From Chitinophagales bacterium (GTDB taxonomy: Bacteria > Bacteroidota > Bacteroidia > Chitinophagales > UBA8649), in the NCBI GenBank assembly GCA_049610685.1, contig JBMYZU010000008.1, forward strand, positions 34,956-98,955: DNA of 64,000 nucleotides. The letters run 5' to 3'. This document shows, in pieces, positions 29,425-38,810 of the stretch. The position numbers and the translations under genes are program-made. Under the pieces are notes generated by a model. It did not search any database. It was not told the DNA's origin and saw only the letters and a program-made list of their open reading frames with translations. Every line of letters begins with the position of its first letter. The stretch's first letter is position 1.

Positions 29425-32400
29425 ATGCCTATGGATTATCGGAACCTCTCTTCTTGGATTCTTTTTGGACTGTTCGGTATAATGATTACGTTATCCGCAC
29501 AGGCTCAAAACTGTGTGATCGACAATTACGCGCTCGATACAAATCGCATTGATTGTGATGGCAATATTCAAGTAACAGGTCAGGCCTTTTCTGAGGTTAT
29601 TTTCGGATGTGACTTCGAGGCTAACGGCTTTGGAGGATGTGTGGGTTGGCAAGCAACGCCGAATGGTGCTCAGTTTGATAATCCATGTGATCCACCACCA
29701 CCACTTCCTAGTGGTGTGCCCAATTCTACTTATTTATGGATGGGGCCTGGTGTTACCCAGCCTCGTTTTGTTTCTACCATACCCTACAACCTTCCTAATG
29801 GAGGGCAAGTTTGTTTCTACCTCGATTTTGCAGAGCAGATTGATAATGCACCCTGTGAAGGTCCTGATTTACCTGATGAAGGAGTGTATTTGCAGTGGTC
29901 AAATAATGGTGGGGCGACCTGGAATAATATTTTTTATTTCAACCCTGATATCAATGGTGCTGGTGGTAATGTTCCATCGCCGTATATCGATTGGGGGTAT
30001 TACTGCTTTGATATTCCACCGGCGGCTTGGGGCCCAAATGTTCAGATACGATGGTTCCAACAGACAGGATCGACGGCGAATTTCGACCACTGGGGTATAG
30101 ATGAAGTGGTGATAAACACAACAAGTCCTGTGTATAATCTTACCTCGAATCTTGGTAACCCAGTGCTTAATGGAAGTGACTTTTCATTTGACATTTCTCC
30201 AACCCAAGACACCTTTGTTACAGTACTCTATACGGACGGAGTAGATAGTTGTGCAGATACACTCGATGTGTTTATTAATCCTCTCGATGCTGGGAGCCAA
30301 GTCTTTGCTTGTGATTCTAATGGTACAATTCTAAGCGTTACCGGAGCTTCTAATGTTGTCTGGGGGCCTCCAGGAAACTTCCTGACGCCAAACGATATTC
30401 TCAGTCCAAGAGTTGACCCTATCGATGATCAGTGGTATTACGTAACCTCGGCTTGTGATACGGATAGTGTTTTTGTTGATGTTGTACCAAAATTCAATGT
30501 AGATATCACCCTTCCAGACACCATTTGTCGAAATGGTAGCACGTCTGTAGATGTTTCAACTTCGCCGTCTAGTGTGGGTATTGTTTCCTATGCATGGAGT
30601 CCATCTGCAGAAGCGATGCCTTCTAATGGACAAACTTCAGTACTAAGTCCTCAGGAAACAACGATGTTTTATGTGGATGTAACCTCAGACTCAGGTTGTG
30701 TAGTCCGCGATTCAACCCTTGTATTTGTTATTGGTGGGGCACCGTTGGTGAGTATTGATCCCTCTGATACGGATGTTTGTCCTGGACAACAAGTTTCCTT
30801 AGATGCCCTCATATGTACAGAAGATTCCTTGTTTGATGATTTCGAAGGAAGTGTACCTAATCCAGCAATGTGGGCAACCATTAGCAATGGATTTCAATTA
30901 ACCGCTTGTACACCACCAAGTGGTAATGGATTGTGGTTCAACGGGAATGGTATACGACAAGCTATTACTAACCCATTAAATGTTACTGGTGGGGGATTCA
31001 TTGAGTTTTGGATTCGTATTGGGAATGAAGATCCAGGCAACCCTAACGGGCCAAACTCCAGTTGTGATATGTTTGAAAACGGGGATACAGTCTTGTTTCA
31101 GTACTCTGTAAACGGAGGTGCTACCTGGATTGATATCCAAGGATTTGATACACTGAATTATGGTAACGGAGGCTTGTTCAATATTCCGATTCCTGTAGGA
31201 GCCCAAACTACGGCCACTCAGTTTCGATGGTTTCAACAACAAACGGGGTCGGGAGACAACTGGGCGATTGATAATGTTAAAATGACGACTTATTGCTGTG
31301 GTTCTTCATGTTTTGTTGGTCAGTATACAATCAACTGGCAGCCGGACCCGACTTTGTTTGTCATTCCGACGTTTAATGCTCCAGATACTATTGCCTTAGC
31401 AAGTCCAACAGAAACTACTACATATCAGATAAATGTTACGGATGGATTTTGTGTAGGAAGTGCGGCAGTCACTGTCTTTATGGATACAAGTATCGCAATT
31501 ACAGACATCACTCCAGATACTACTTTTTGTGGACCATTTCAAAACTACCCACTTACAACAAGCTATAATTTCGGAACAGGGGGCACACCGAGGATAACAT
31601 GGAATAATGTTACCCTGGGTGGATATAATGGAATTCTTCCTAGTAGTCCGTTTAGTCAAAATATTTTAACTAACGGAAATCAAACCATGTCCTTCCAAGT
31701 CACCATCTCGGATGATCAAAATCCGGGATGCGAAGATCGGGATACGGTAACCCTTACTGTAGGAACGATTGCGGAACCTACAAACGTTGTGGTGATCGAT
31801 GAACAATGTGGTGGAGCTTGTGATGGGTCAATTACAATGGATGGCTTAAATGGAACACCACCTTATTCATATTCCATAGATTCAGGATTGACCTTCCAAT
31901 CATCCAATACGTTCACGGGTCTGTGTCCAGGTACTTACTACCTAATGGTCGGTGATCAAGTTGGCCAAACAGGATGTAGTGCTGCCCAACAATTTACAGT
32001 TAATGCCGCTCCTTCTTTTGAATTGACAAGTTTTTCTGTTGATGGCTTTGACTGCGCTGGAACGACATCTGGGTCAGTCACAGTTAACTATACTGCGGGA
32101 CAAGGCCCATACAATATTGTAGCCAATGGCAATAATGTTGGCTCAATCGCCGCTTCGACTTATACTGTTACCAATCTTTCAGCTGGAAGTTTATCGATTC
32201 AAATAACCAATGCTGCAGGATGTATTATTGACACCTTGATTCCTCTTTCTGATCCTAATGGGTTCGTGATTGACTCTGTAGTGGTCGACTCCGTTTCGTG
32301 TAATGGAGGAAGTGATGGATCAATTACGGTGTATTCTACTGGAGGAATTGGTACCATTTCTTATGATCTAGGAAATGGTATACCGCAAAGCTCAAATACC

Positions 32401-34689
32401 TTCAGTGGGTTAAGCGCTGGATTGTATACCGATATTGTACTTACTGATGCTAATGGATGTGAGGCTTTTGCAACAGGGCTTGTCGAACAGCCGAGTGCAC
32501 TTGTTTTAAATGTCACTGCCATTATTCCTGTTTCAGGTTTTGGTGCAAGTGATGGTTCAGTTCAATTCAATGCGAATGGAGGAAGTGCTCCTTACGAGTT
32601 CACCTTGGATGGCCTATCATCAGGTGGTGCTTTATCTTTTGATAATCTTCCTGCTGGCAACTACTTACTTGAAGTTACGGATGCCAACGGCTGTGTTATG
32701 TCAGACAGTGTATTTGTAACGGAACCACTCCCATTGACATTACCCACCATTGACTTCGTTGGTATTGCTTGTTTTGGGGAAAGTACGGGATCGATCACCT
32801 TACAGGCTGCAGGTGGAATTCCACCGTATAACTACAGTATAGATTGTGGCCAGACTTACCAGAGCACGAATGTATTTTCAGGACTTTCCGCAGGAACCTA
32901 TTCAGTAACAGTTCAAGATAATATAGGTGATACTGTTGCTTGCCAAACGGTTATTTTATCAGAAAATCCACTCCTGTTTGTTTCTAGTGTCCTTACAGAT
33001 AGTGTATTATGTGAAGGGGATAGTGATGGTAGAATTGAGATGAGTGTTCAAGGAGGAGAAGCTCCTTACACTTACGCTATGGTTGGTCTTCCAAGTCAAA
33101 ACAATGGCTTATTTACTGGCCTTGCGGCTGGAAACTATCTCGCTACAATAACGGATGCGATGGGATGTACTGTGGACACCTCTGCCATTATAGGGCAACC
33201 GGTGCTTCTCGAAATCGACGTAATACGTGCTGTAGATCTTTCATGTTTTGAGTCTGATAATGGCGAGATTGAGGTATTGGCTCAAGGGGGTAGTGGAAAT
33301 CTTACCATAGAATTGGAAGAGTTAGGCCTAACAGGCAATGTATTCAATTCATTACCTGCTGGTCTTTATACAGCCACTGTAACCGATGGAAATCTATGTG
33401 AGACCTCGATACAAGTTGATATTAGTCAACCCGATGCGATTGATGCGAGCTACACTACGGAAGACGTAAGTTGTTTTGGTTATCAGGATGGCCGATTGGA
33501 TATTGCTGGAGTCACCGGAGGTAGCGGCGGATACTCCCTACTGTTTAATGGGGATACAATATTTTCCAACCTGTCATCCGCTAGTATTGATACGCTAGGC
33601 ACAGGTTTAAATGTCTTTACCATTTTTGATGCCAATGGTTGTCCATTAACCTTGATGTTTACCATCGATGAGCCGGATGCCTTAAGTGCAACACTTGACG
33701 TTCGGGACCCAAGATGTCAGGGGCAGGCCAATGGAACAGTTGACTTTACTGTCAGCGGTGGAACAGGACCTTTCAATTCATTCGTAATTGATCCATCCAC
33801 CGGAGATACAAGCGTTTCCACAGGATTAACCGTCACAGGTCTAACGGGTGATGCAACATATGATGTAGGGGTGCTCGATGCCAACGGATGTATATTGAGC
33901 GATGTAGCAACATTGGTAGATCCTTCTTCAGTTGAGATTGTAAGTTATGCGGTAAACAATCCGCGTTGCTATGACCAGTCAACGGCCTCTATTGTCATTG
34001 ATTCAATCACTCCAGGAACAATTGCAGATTATACGTTTACCTTGATTGGAACGGGTCTTGCTTCAAACAACGGAATTATCGAGGGGGCTTCATCAGGTAT
34101 ATATTCTTTAGCAGCTTTTGAAAATGTTGGAGGTTGTACAGACACCGTTGACGTTTTTATCGGTGAACCAGCTCCTCTTTATTTAGAGACATCACCAGAT
34201 ACTACGGTAAGATTAGGTGAGGCTATCGAGATTTTTGTTGGGGATGACTTTCAGTCCTATTCATGGTCTCCAAATACGGGATTAAGCTGTTCGGATTGTA
34301 TCAATCCTACCGTGCTTGTTTATGAAGATGTAACCTATGAAATCAATGCGGTTGATAGCAATGGTTGTGTTAATGAAAATTTGGCTACGATTACTGTCAA
34401 GGTAGATGATGAATTAGCCTTGTTTATTCCAGACGCCTTTACGCCGAACAGTGATGGAATGAATGATGTACTCTTGGTGTATGGTATCAATCTACTTGAT
34501 GCTCAGATTTCCATCTACAATCGATGGGGTGAGCTTGTGTTTGCCAGTACAGCGGCCCATCTCGAGGGTTGGGATGGTACCTTTAAAGGGGTAAAACAAG
34601 CGCCTGGGACCTATTCCTATGTTTTGGATGTAACCTTCCTTAACGGCTACACCGACATGCGTAAGGGTAGTTTCTTACTCCTTCATTAG
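29425..34689 (+). CDS. giant cell-surface protein (1754 aa) with two Asp-box modules, ten SprB-type repeats and a T9SS type-B CTD
   Basis: Signal peptide ...LSAQAQ. Duplicated modules at 29611..30120 and 30835..31287 each contain S.NGGATW and end in RWFQQ.GS....W.ID.V. Ten ~80-aa repeats each begin C.G...G.I. The type-B CTD lies at 34423..34686 (FIPDAFTPNSDGMNDVL...YNRWGELVF...WDGTFKG). Confidence 0.9.
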   Translation: MPMDYRNLSSWILFGLFGIMITLSAQAQNCVIDNYALDTNRIDCDGNIQVTGQAFSEVIFGCDFEANGFGGCVGWQATPNGAQFDNPCDPPPPLPSGVPNSTYLWMGPGVTQPRFVSTIPYNLPNGGQVCFYLDFAEQIDNAPCEGPDLPDEGVYLQWSNNGGATWNNIFYFNPDINGAGGNVPSPYIDWGYYCFDIPPAAWGPNVQIRWFQQTGSTANFDHWGIDEVVINTTSPVYNLTSNLGNPVLNGSDFSFDISPTQDTFVTVLYTDGVDSCADTLDVFINPLDAGSQVFACDSNGTILSVTGASNVVWGPPGNFLTPNDILSPRVDPIDDQWYYVTSACDTDSVFVDVVPKFNVDITLPDTICRNGSTSVDVSTSPSSVGIVSYAWSPSAEAMPSNGQTSVLSPQETTMFYVDVTSDSGCVVRDSTLVFVIGGAPLVSIDPSDTDVCPGQQVSLDALICTEDSLFDDFEGSVPNPAMWATISNGFQLTACTPPSGNGLWFNGNGIRQAITNPLNVTGGGFIEFWIRIGNEDPGNPNGPNSSCDMFENGDTVLFQYSVNGGATWIDIQGFDTLNYGNGGLFNIPIPVGAQTTATQFRWFQQQTGSGDNWAIDNVKMTTYCCGSSCFVGQYTINWQPDPTLFVIPTFNAPDTIALASPTETTTYQINVTDGFCVGSAAVTVFMDTSIAITDITPDTTFCGPFQNYPLTTSYNFGTGGTPRITWNNVTLGGYNGILPSSPFSQNILTNGNQTMSFQVTISDDQNPGCEDRDTVTLTVGTIAEPTNVVVIDEQCGGACDGSITMDGLNGTPPYSYSIDSGLTFQSSNTFTGLCPGTYYLMVGDQVGQTGCSAAQQFTVNAAPSFELTSFSVDGFDCAGTTSGSVTVNYTAGQGPYNIVANGNNVGSIAASTYTVTNLSAGSLSIQITNAAGCIIDTLIPLSDPNGFVIDSVVVDSVSCNGGSDGSITVYSTGGIGTISYDLGNGIPQSSNTFSGLSAGLYTDIVLTDANGCEAFATGLVEQPSALVLNVTAIIPVSGFGASDGSVQFNANGGSAPYEFTLDGLSSGGALSFDNLPAGNYLLEVTDANGCVMSDSVFVTEPLPLTLPTIDFVGIACFGESTGSITLQAAGGIPPYNYSIDCGQTYQSTNVFSGLSAGTYSVTVQDNIGDTVACQTVILSENPLLFVSSVLTDSVLCEGDSDGRIEMSVQGGEAPYTYAMVGLPSQNNGLFTGLAAGNYLATITDAMGCTVDTSAIIGQPVLLEIDVIRAVDLSCFESDNGEIEVLAQGGSGNLTIELEELGLTGNVFNSLPAGLYTATVTDGNLCETSIQVDISQPDAIDASYTTEDVSCFGYQDGRLDIAGVTGGSGGYSLLFNGDTIFSNLSSASIDTLGTGLNVFTIFDANGCPLTLMFTIDEPDALSATLDVRDPRCQGQANGTVDFTVSGGTGPFNSFVIDPSTGDTSVSTGLTVTGLTGDATYDVGVLDANGCILSDVATLVDPSSVEIVSYAVNNPRCYDQSTASIVIDSITPGTIADYTFTLIGTGLASNNGIIEGASSGIYSLAAFENVGGCTDTVDVFIGEPAPLYLETSPDTTVRLGEAIEIFVGDDFQSYSWSPNTGLSCSDCINPTVLVYEDVTYEINAVDSNGCVNENLATITVKVDDELALFIPDAFTPNSDGMNDVLLVYGINLLDAQISIYNRWGELVFASTAAHLEGWDGTFKGVKQAPGTYSYVLDVTFLNGYTDMRKGSFLLLH
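31801..34200 (+). repeat. ten tandem ~240-nt (about 80-aa) SprB-type coding repeats inside the giant adhesin gene
   Basis: Each unit has the same plan: a Cys-x-Gly start (for example CGGACDGSI, CNGGSDGSI, CFGESTGSI, CEGDSDGRI, CFGYQDGRL, CQGQANGTV), then GG..PY.Y/F, then GL.AG.Y, then DANGC. The units are divergent at the nucleotide level. Confidence 0.85.
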
Positions 34690-34739
34690 AAGTGGATTAG
34701 ATTCGTACAGAAGTAGAATTTTCTTTGTTTCTTCACTAC

Positions 34740-36749
34740 ATGAAGGATGACAACACGCTCGCAAAATCAGTCTACTTTGATTATGATCTAGATGGAGTGC
34801 CTTCGGATAAGGTATTGGCTTTATACGAAGTAATGCTTACCTCTCGGCTGATTGAAGAGAAAATGCTCAGCTTGCTCCGCCAGGGAAAGATTTCTAAGTG
34901 GTTTTCTGGCATCGGTCAAGAGGCGATTTCGGCTGCTGCCTCAGTCGGTATGCATAGCGACGAGTTTATTCTTCCCATGCATAGAAATCTTGGGGTTTTT
35001 GTAGGACGAAACTTGCCGTTAGATCGATTGTTTGCTCAGTGGTTAGGTAAGCCCGAAGGATATACTAAAGGAAGAGACCGTTCCTTCCATTTTGGTACGA
35101 CGGAGCACAACCTTGTGGGAATGATTTCTCATCTAGGGCCTCAGTTAGCTGTGGCTGATGGTATTGCCCTAAAACATGCCTTAGCCAAAGAAAATAAGGC
35201 CGTTCTGGTGTTCACTGGCGAAGGGGGTACGAGTGAGGGCGATTTTCATGAGGCACTCAATGTGGCCGCCGTTTGGCAATTACCTGTCGTATTCGTAATT
35301 GAAAACAATGGCTATGGACTTTCTACCCCTACTTCGAAGCAATATCGGTGTAAAAAGCTCTCTGATCGCGGATTAGGCTACGGGATTCCCTCGTTCTCTA
35401 TCGAAGGAAATAACGTTATTGAAGTCTTTAAACATATCACCTATCACGGACAGCGCTGTCGAGATGGGAAGGGGCCTGTGTTACTGGAATGTAATACGTT
35501 TCGTATGCGCGGCCATGAGGAGGCATCTGGCGTTAAGTATGTTCCACAGCATCATTTTGATGAGTGGTCTGTCAAGGATCCTTTAGCGAATTATGAATTG
35601 TTTCTAGCCGAATGCGGCATCTTAAATGAAACATCTATTCAGGAAAAACGCGCGAGCATTAAGGCAAGCATTCAAGAGAATTGGAATAAGGCCATTGGTT
35701 ATGAAAATGTAAAAGCATCCACTACACAGGAGCTAGAAGACGTCTACGCAATGCATAATCCTGTAATGGTAGATCCATCGCATGAAACAAATGAAATGCG
35801 ATTTGTCGATGCAATATCGGATGGTTTAAAAGAAGCAATGATGGCCGACGACAATTTGGTTGTTATGGGTCAGGATGTGGGGGATTATGGAGGAGTATTT
35901 AAGATAACTGACGGCTTTGTTGAATTGTTTGGAGCTGAACGAGTTAGGGATACGCCTTTGTGTGAATCAGCTATTCTAAGCGCCTCCTTAGGATACAGCA
36001 TTGCCGGGTGTAAGAGCGTTGTGGAAATGCAATTTGCTGATTTTGTCTCTTCGGGTTTTACGGCAATCGTAAACAATCTTGCAAAAAGTCATTACCGATG
36101 GGGGCAGGCCGCAAGTGTGGTTGTTCGCATGCCGACGGGTGCAGGGGTAGGGGCTGGTCCATACCATTCTCAATCCAATGAGGGTTGGTTTACGCATACT
36201 GCTGGGCTGAAAGTCGTTTTCCCTTCATCACCGCATGACGCGAAAGGCATGCTCTTAGCTGCAATTAATGATCCTAACCCTGTGATGTTTTTTGAGCACA
36301 AAGCATTGTACAGAAGCTTAAAAGATGAGGTTCCTGTTGGATACTATACGACGTCAATTGATCATGGTGCTGTCGTTCAAGAGGGGAGTGATGTAACAAT
36401 TATAACCTATGGAATGGGGGTGCATTGGGCCAAGGAGGTTGCCGAAGCCTTAGATTGTGACGCGCACATTTTTGATTTACGCAGTCTTGCTCCCCTCGAT
36501 TATGATGGCATCCGCAAGGCCGTTGAGGCCACAGGTAAAGTTTTAGTCTTACAAGAAGATGTAGAAATTGGAGGAATAGGTAGTGATGTTTGCCGTTGGA
36601 TTGGAGAGCATATGTTTGAAGAACTCGATGCCCCAGTACGCTTTGTATCTAGCTTACAAAGTCCTGTTCCTTTTCATCCAGAGTTAGAGGCTAACTACCT
36701 CGCGAAGTCGCGGTTGGAAGAAAGCTTGCAGCAGTTAATGGACTATTAG
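34740..36749 (+). CDS. fused E1 alpha/beta 2-oxoacid dehydrogenase (TPP-dependent, branched-chain type)
   Basis: The alpha part carries the TPP motif TGEGGTSEGDFHEALNVAAVWQLPVVFVIENNGYGLS. The beta part has VMGQDVGDYGGVFK and a C-terminal transketolase_C-like domain. I used the ATG at 34740; the track start at 34725 is a TTG. Confidence 0.9.
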   Translation: MKDDNTLAKSVYFDYDLDGVPSDKVLALYEVMLTSRLIEEKMLSLLRQGKISKWFSGIGQEAISAAASVGMHSDEFILPMHRNLGVFVGRNLPLDRLFAQWLGKPEGYTKGRDRSFHFGTTEHNLVGMISHLGPQLAVADGIALKHALAKENKAVLVFTGEGGTSEGDFHEALNVAAVWQLPVVFVIENNGYGLSTPTSKQYRCKKLSDRGLGYGIPSFSIEGNNVIEVFKHITYHGQRCRDGKGPVLLECNTFRMRGHEEASGVKYVPQHHFDEWSVKDPLANYELFLAECGILNETSIQEKRASIKASIQENWNKAIGYENVKASTTQELEDVYAMHNPVMVDPSHETNEMRFVDAISDGLKEAMMADDNLVVMGQDVGDYGGVFKITDGFVELFGAERVRDTPLCESAILSASLGYSIAGCKSVVEMQFADFVSSGFTAIVNNLAKSHYRWGQAASVVVRMPTGAGVGAGPYHSQSNEGWFTHTAGLKVVFPSSPHDAKGMLLAAINDPNPVMFFEHKALYRSLKDEVPVGYYTTSIDHGAVVQEGSDVTIITYGMGVHWAKEVAEALDCDAHIFDLRSLAPLDYDGIRKAVEATGKVLVLQEDVEIGGIGSDVCRWIGEHMFEELDAPVRFVSSLQSPVPFHPELEANYLAKSRLEESLQQLMDY

Positions 36750-37336
36750 TTTTCAATCCATTGGATGATCTCCTCATTGAGAATGGAGGCTCTAGGATCA
36801 ATCATGGCATGATAGGTGCCATCAGCATTAATGAGATACTTCTGAAAATTCCATCCAACTTTGGTGCTCTCCACACCATTCTGCTCTTCCGAAGTTAACC
36901 ATGTATAGATAGGGTGCTGTTTGTCTCCTTTAACACTAATCTTCGCCATCATGGGAAAGGTTACCCCATATTTCGCAGAACAGAAGGTCTGTATACTTTC
37001 GTTGCTACCGGGTTCTTGAGAAAGGAAGTTGTTTGCTGGAAATCCAATGATGACAAGGTCCTCGTCTTTATACCTTTCGTATAGCTCTTGAAGGTCTTTG
37101 TACTGAGGAGTAAGCCCGCAATAGGACGCTACATTCACGATGATGACTTTTTTGCCAACTAATGCTGCAAAATCGAAGGAATTTCCTTCGATATCCTCCA
37201 CGGTAAACTGGTGTATGGTATTCATAGGGATAGTTTCATCAACACTTACATAGTCGCTTGGATTTTGACCAGAGCAAGCGTTGAGTAGTAAAGAAAAAAC
37301 TAGGGCGGTTATGAGAACAGGGAGGTTGCTTTTCAT
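36746..37336 (-). CDS. glutathione peroxidase family protein with a lipoprotein-type signal peptide
   Basis: Contains VNVASYCGLTPQY (peroxidatic Cys encoded by TGC, not TGA), FPANNF and WNFQKYL. Start set at the ATG at 37336, giving MKSNLPVLITALVFSLLLNAC. Confidence 0.88.
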   Translation of the reverse strand: MKSNLPVLITALVFSLLLNACSGQNPSDYVSVDETIPMNTIHQFTVEDIEGNSFDFAALVGKKVIIVNVASYCGLTPQYKDLQELYERYKDEDLVIIGFPANNFLSQEPGSNESIQTFCSAKYGVTFPMMAKISVKGDKQHPIYTWLTSEEQNGVESTKVGWNFQKYLINADGTYHAMIDPRASILNEEIIQWIEN

Positions 37337-37378
37337 AGGTGTGTAACAATGTAGTACCCAATTAGTTCTCAAGGGTTT

Positions 37379-38149
37379 TTAGTTTCGGAGAAGGGCTTTG
37401 TTCAGTTCTTCTTCCATGGTTGCCATACTATCATACAGTTGCTCGTAGGAATCAATCACAAAGTATTGTTTCTGAAAGTCGTGCTTGTAATAAGGCGTAT
37501 CAAAAATATGCGCTAAATCAAATGGATAGCGCGGGACGTCTTGATCTTCTGTGGCAAAGACACTTTCTCCCGATGACGACATAATTCCTGCGCCATATAG
37601 CTTGAGGTTTTCATGTTCACGAATTAGCCCAAATTCTACAGTAAACCAATACAAACGGCTCATGAGATTAACTGCTTTCGGGTTATCGATGTAACGAAGC
37701 GTAACCTCGGCCATTTTTTGCACAAAATCTACGAAGGGTTGAATACTAAGTAGCGGAACATGCGCAAAAACATCGTGAAACATATCAGGTTCTTCCAAAT
37801 ACTCTAGCTCTTCTTTGCTACGTAACCAGGTAGTTGCTGGGAATTTTTTCGCAGCTAGAAACTCAAAGAATGGTTTGTCGTCAATGAGGCCAGGTACGAT
37901 AAAAACTTCCCAACCCGTGGCTGCTTTAAGGCGTTGGTTGACCTCTTTGATTACGGGAATTTTTTCACGCTCAAAACCACAAAGTTCTAGTCCTTGAAAA
38001 TACTTTTCAGTTGCTCTACTTTGGAGTATCGGAAGTTGAGCATCATATAAGGTTGTCCAGACCTCGAAGTGCTCTTCAGTGTATGCCTCATATTCTTGAG
38101 ACATAGGTTCTAGCGGCAATTCGTAGGGCTTTCTATTTTGGAGTTCCAT
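37379..38149 (-). CDS. phhA: phenylalanine 4-monooxygenase (aromatic amino acid hydroxylase)
   Basis: Iron-ligand region PDMFHDVFAHVPLL, then YWFTVEFGL and YGAGIMSS. The size (256 aa) is typical of bacterial PhhA. Confidence 0.92.
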   Translation of the reverse strand: MELQNRKPYELPLEPMSQEYEAYTEEHFEVWTTLYDAQLPILQSRATEKYFQGLELCGFEREKIPVIKEVNQRLKAATGWEVFIVPGLIDDKPFFEFLAAKKFPATTWLRSKEELEYLEEPDMFHDVFAHVPLLSIQPFVDFVQKMAEVTLRYIDNPKAVNLMSRLYWFTVEFGLIREHENLKLYGAGIMSSSGESVFATEDQDVPRYPFDLAHIFDTPYYKHDFQKQYFVIDSYEQLYDSMATMEEELNKALLRN

Positions 38150-38194
38150 TCCTAAAAGATACGACTTCTAAAAAGAATGCCCTTAAGCCTTGAA

Positions 38195-38806
38195 CTACAA
38201 CCAATCTACCTTACCCGACCCTAAGTTGTAAAAGGCTCCGTAAACTCCAATCTTTCCTTCGTCAAGGAGATCTTTGAGTATGGGGCTCTTGGCACGAATC
38301 TGCTCAATGGCTACCTCAACATTCTTTTTGGCGACTTCATTGGTATGGCTTTCGTCGACGACTACACTATGTTCTTTTTCGTATTGCTCAATCGATTCGT
38401 CAATGCGCACGAGTGTTGTAGTGATGTTGCCAAGACGCACTTTAGAACAGGCAGCTTTGACCGCTCCGCAGCTTTCATGGGCCATGACAACAATAGCTTT
38501 AGTCCCTACAACAGCGCATGCATATTCCATACCTGCGAGAACATCTTCATTTATGATGTTACCTGCTAGTCGACTCACAAAGATGTCTCCTACAGAACAA
38601 TCGAAAATAGTTTCTACGGGAACTCGAGAATCAATGCAACTCAAGACAATTGAATGCGGAAGTTGTCCATTGGTTGATTTCTCTCTTAAGTCGTTAAGGT
38701 CAACGCCTGATAGAGACGTCTCAACGTAACGTTGGTTACCCTTTTGAAGTAGCTCTAGTGCATTCGCGGGGCTCAAATTTTCTAAAACGGATTTTTCAGT
38801 AATCAT
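38195..38806 (-). CDS. beta-class carbonic anhydrase
   Basis: Zinc-ligand motifs SCIDSRVP (CxDxR) and HESCGAV (HxxC). I used the ATG at 38806, 4 nt after the sulP stop. The longer track ORF overlaps sulP. Confidence 0.9.
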   Translation of the reverse strand: MITEKSVLENLSPANALELLQKGNQRYVETSLSGVDLNDLREKSTNGQLPHSIVLSCIDSRVPVETIFDCSVGDIFVSRLAGNIINEDVLAGMEYACAVVGTKAIVVMAHESCGAVKAACSKVRLGNITTTLVRIDESIEQYEKEHSVVVDESHTNEVAKKNVEVAIEQIRAKSPILKDLLDEGKIGVYGAFYNLGSGKVDWL

Positions 38807-38810
38807 AAGT

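Noticed and set aside
29609-30100. A 163-aa ORF in an alternative plus-strand frame inside the giant adhesin gene.
   Set aside because: It lies entirely inside a 5.2-kb ORF whose frame shows conserved module and repeat structure. The alternative-frame product looks random.
37100-37130. A possible selenocysteine (TGA) at the glutathione peroxidase active site.
   Set aside because: The active-site residue is encoded by TGC (Cys), and there is no in-frame TGA.
38274-38729. A 151-aa plus-strand ORF antisense to the beta-carbonic anhydrase gene.
   Set aside because: The carbonic anhydrase on the minus strand has both zinc-ligand motifs intact. The antisense translation is Ser/Thr-rich with no recognisable features.
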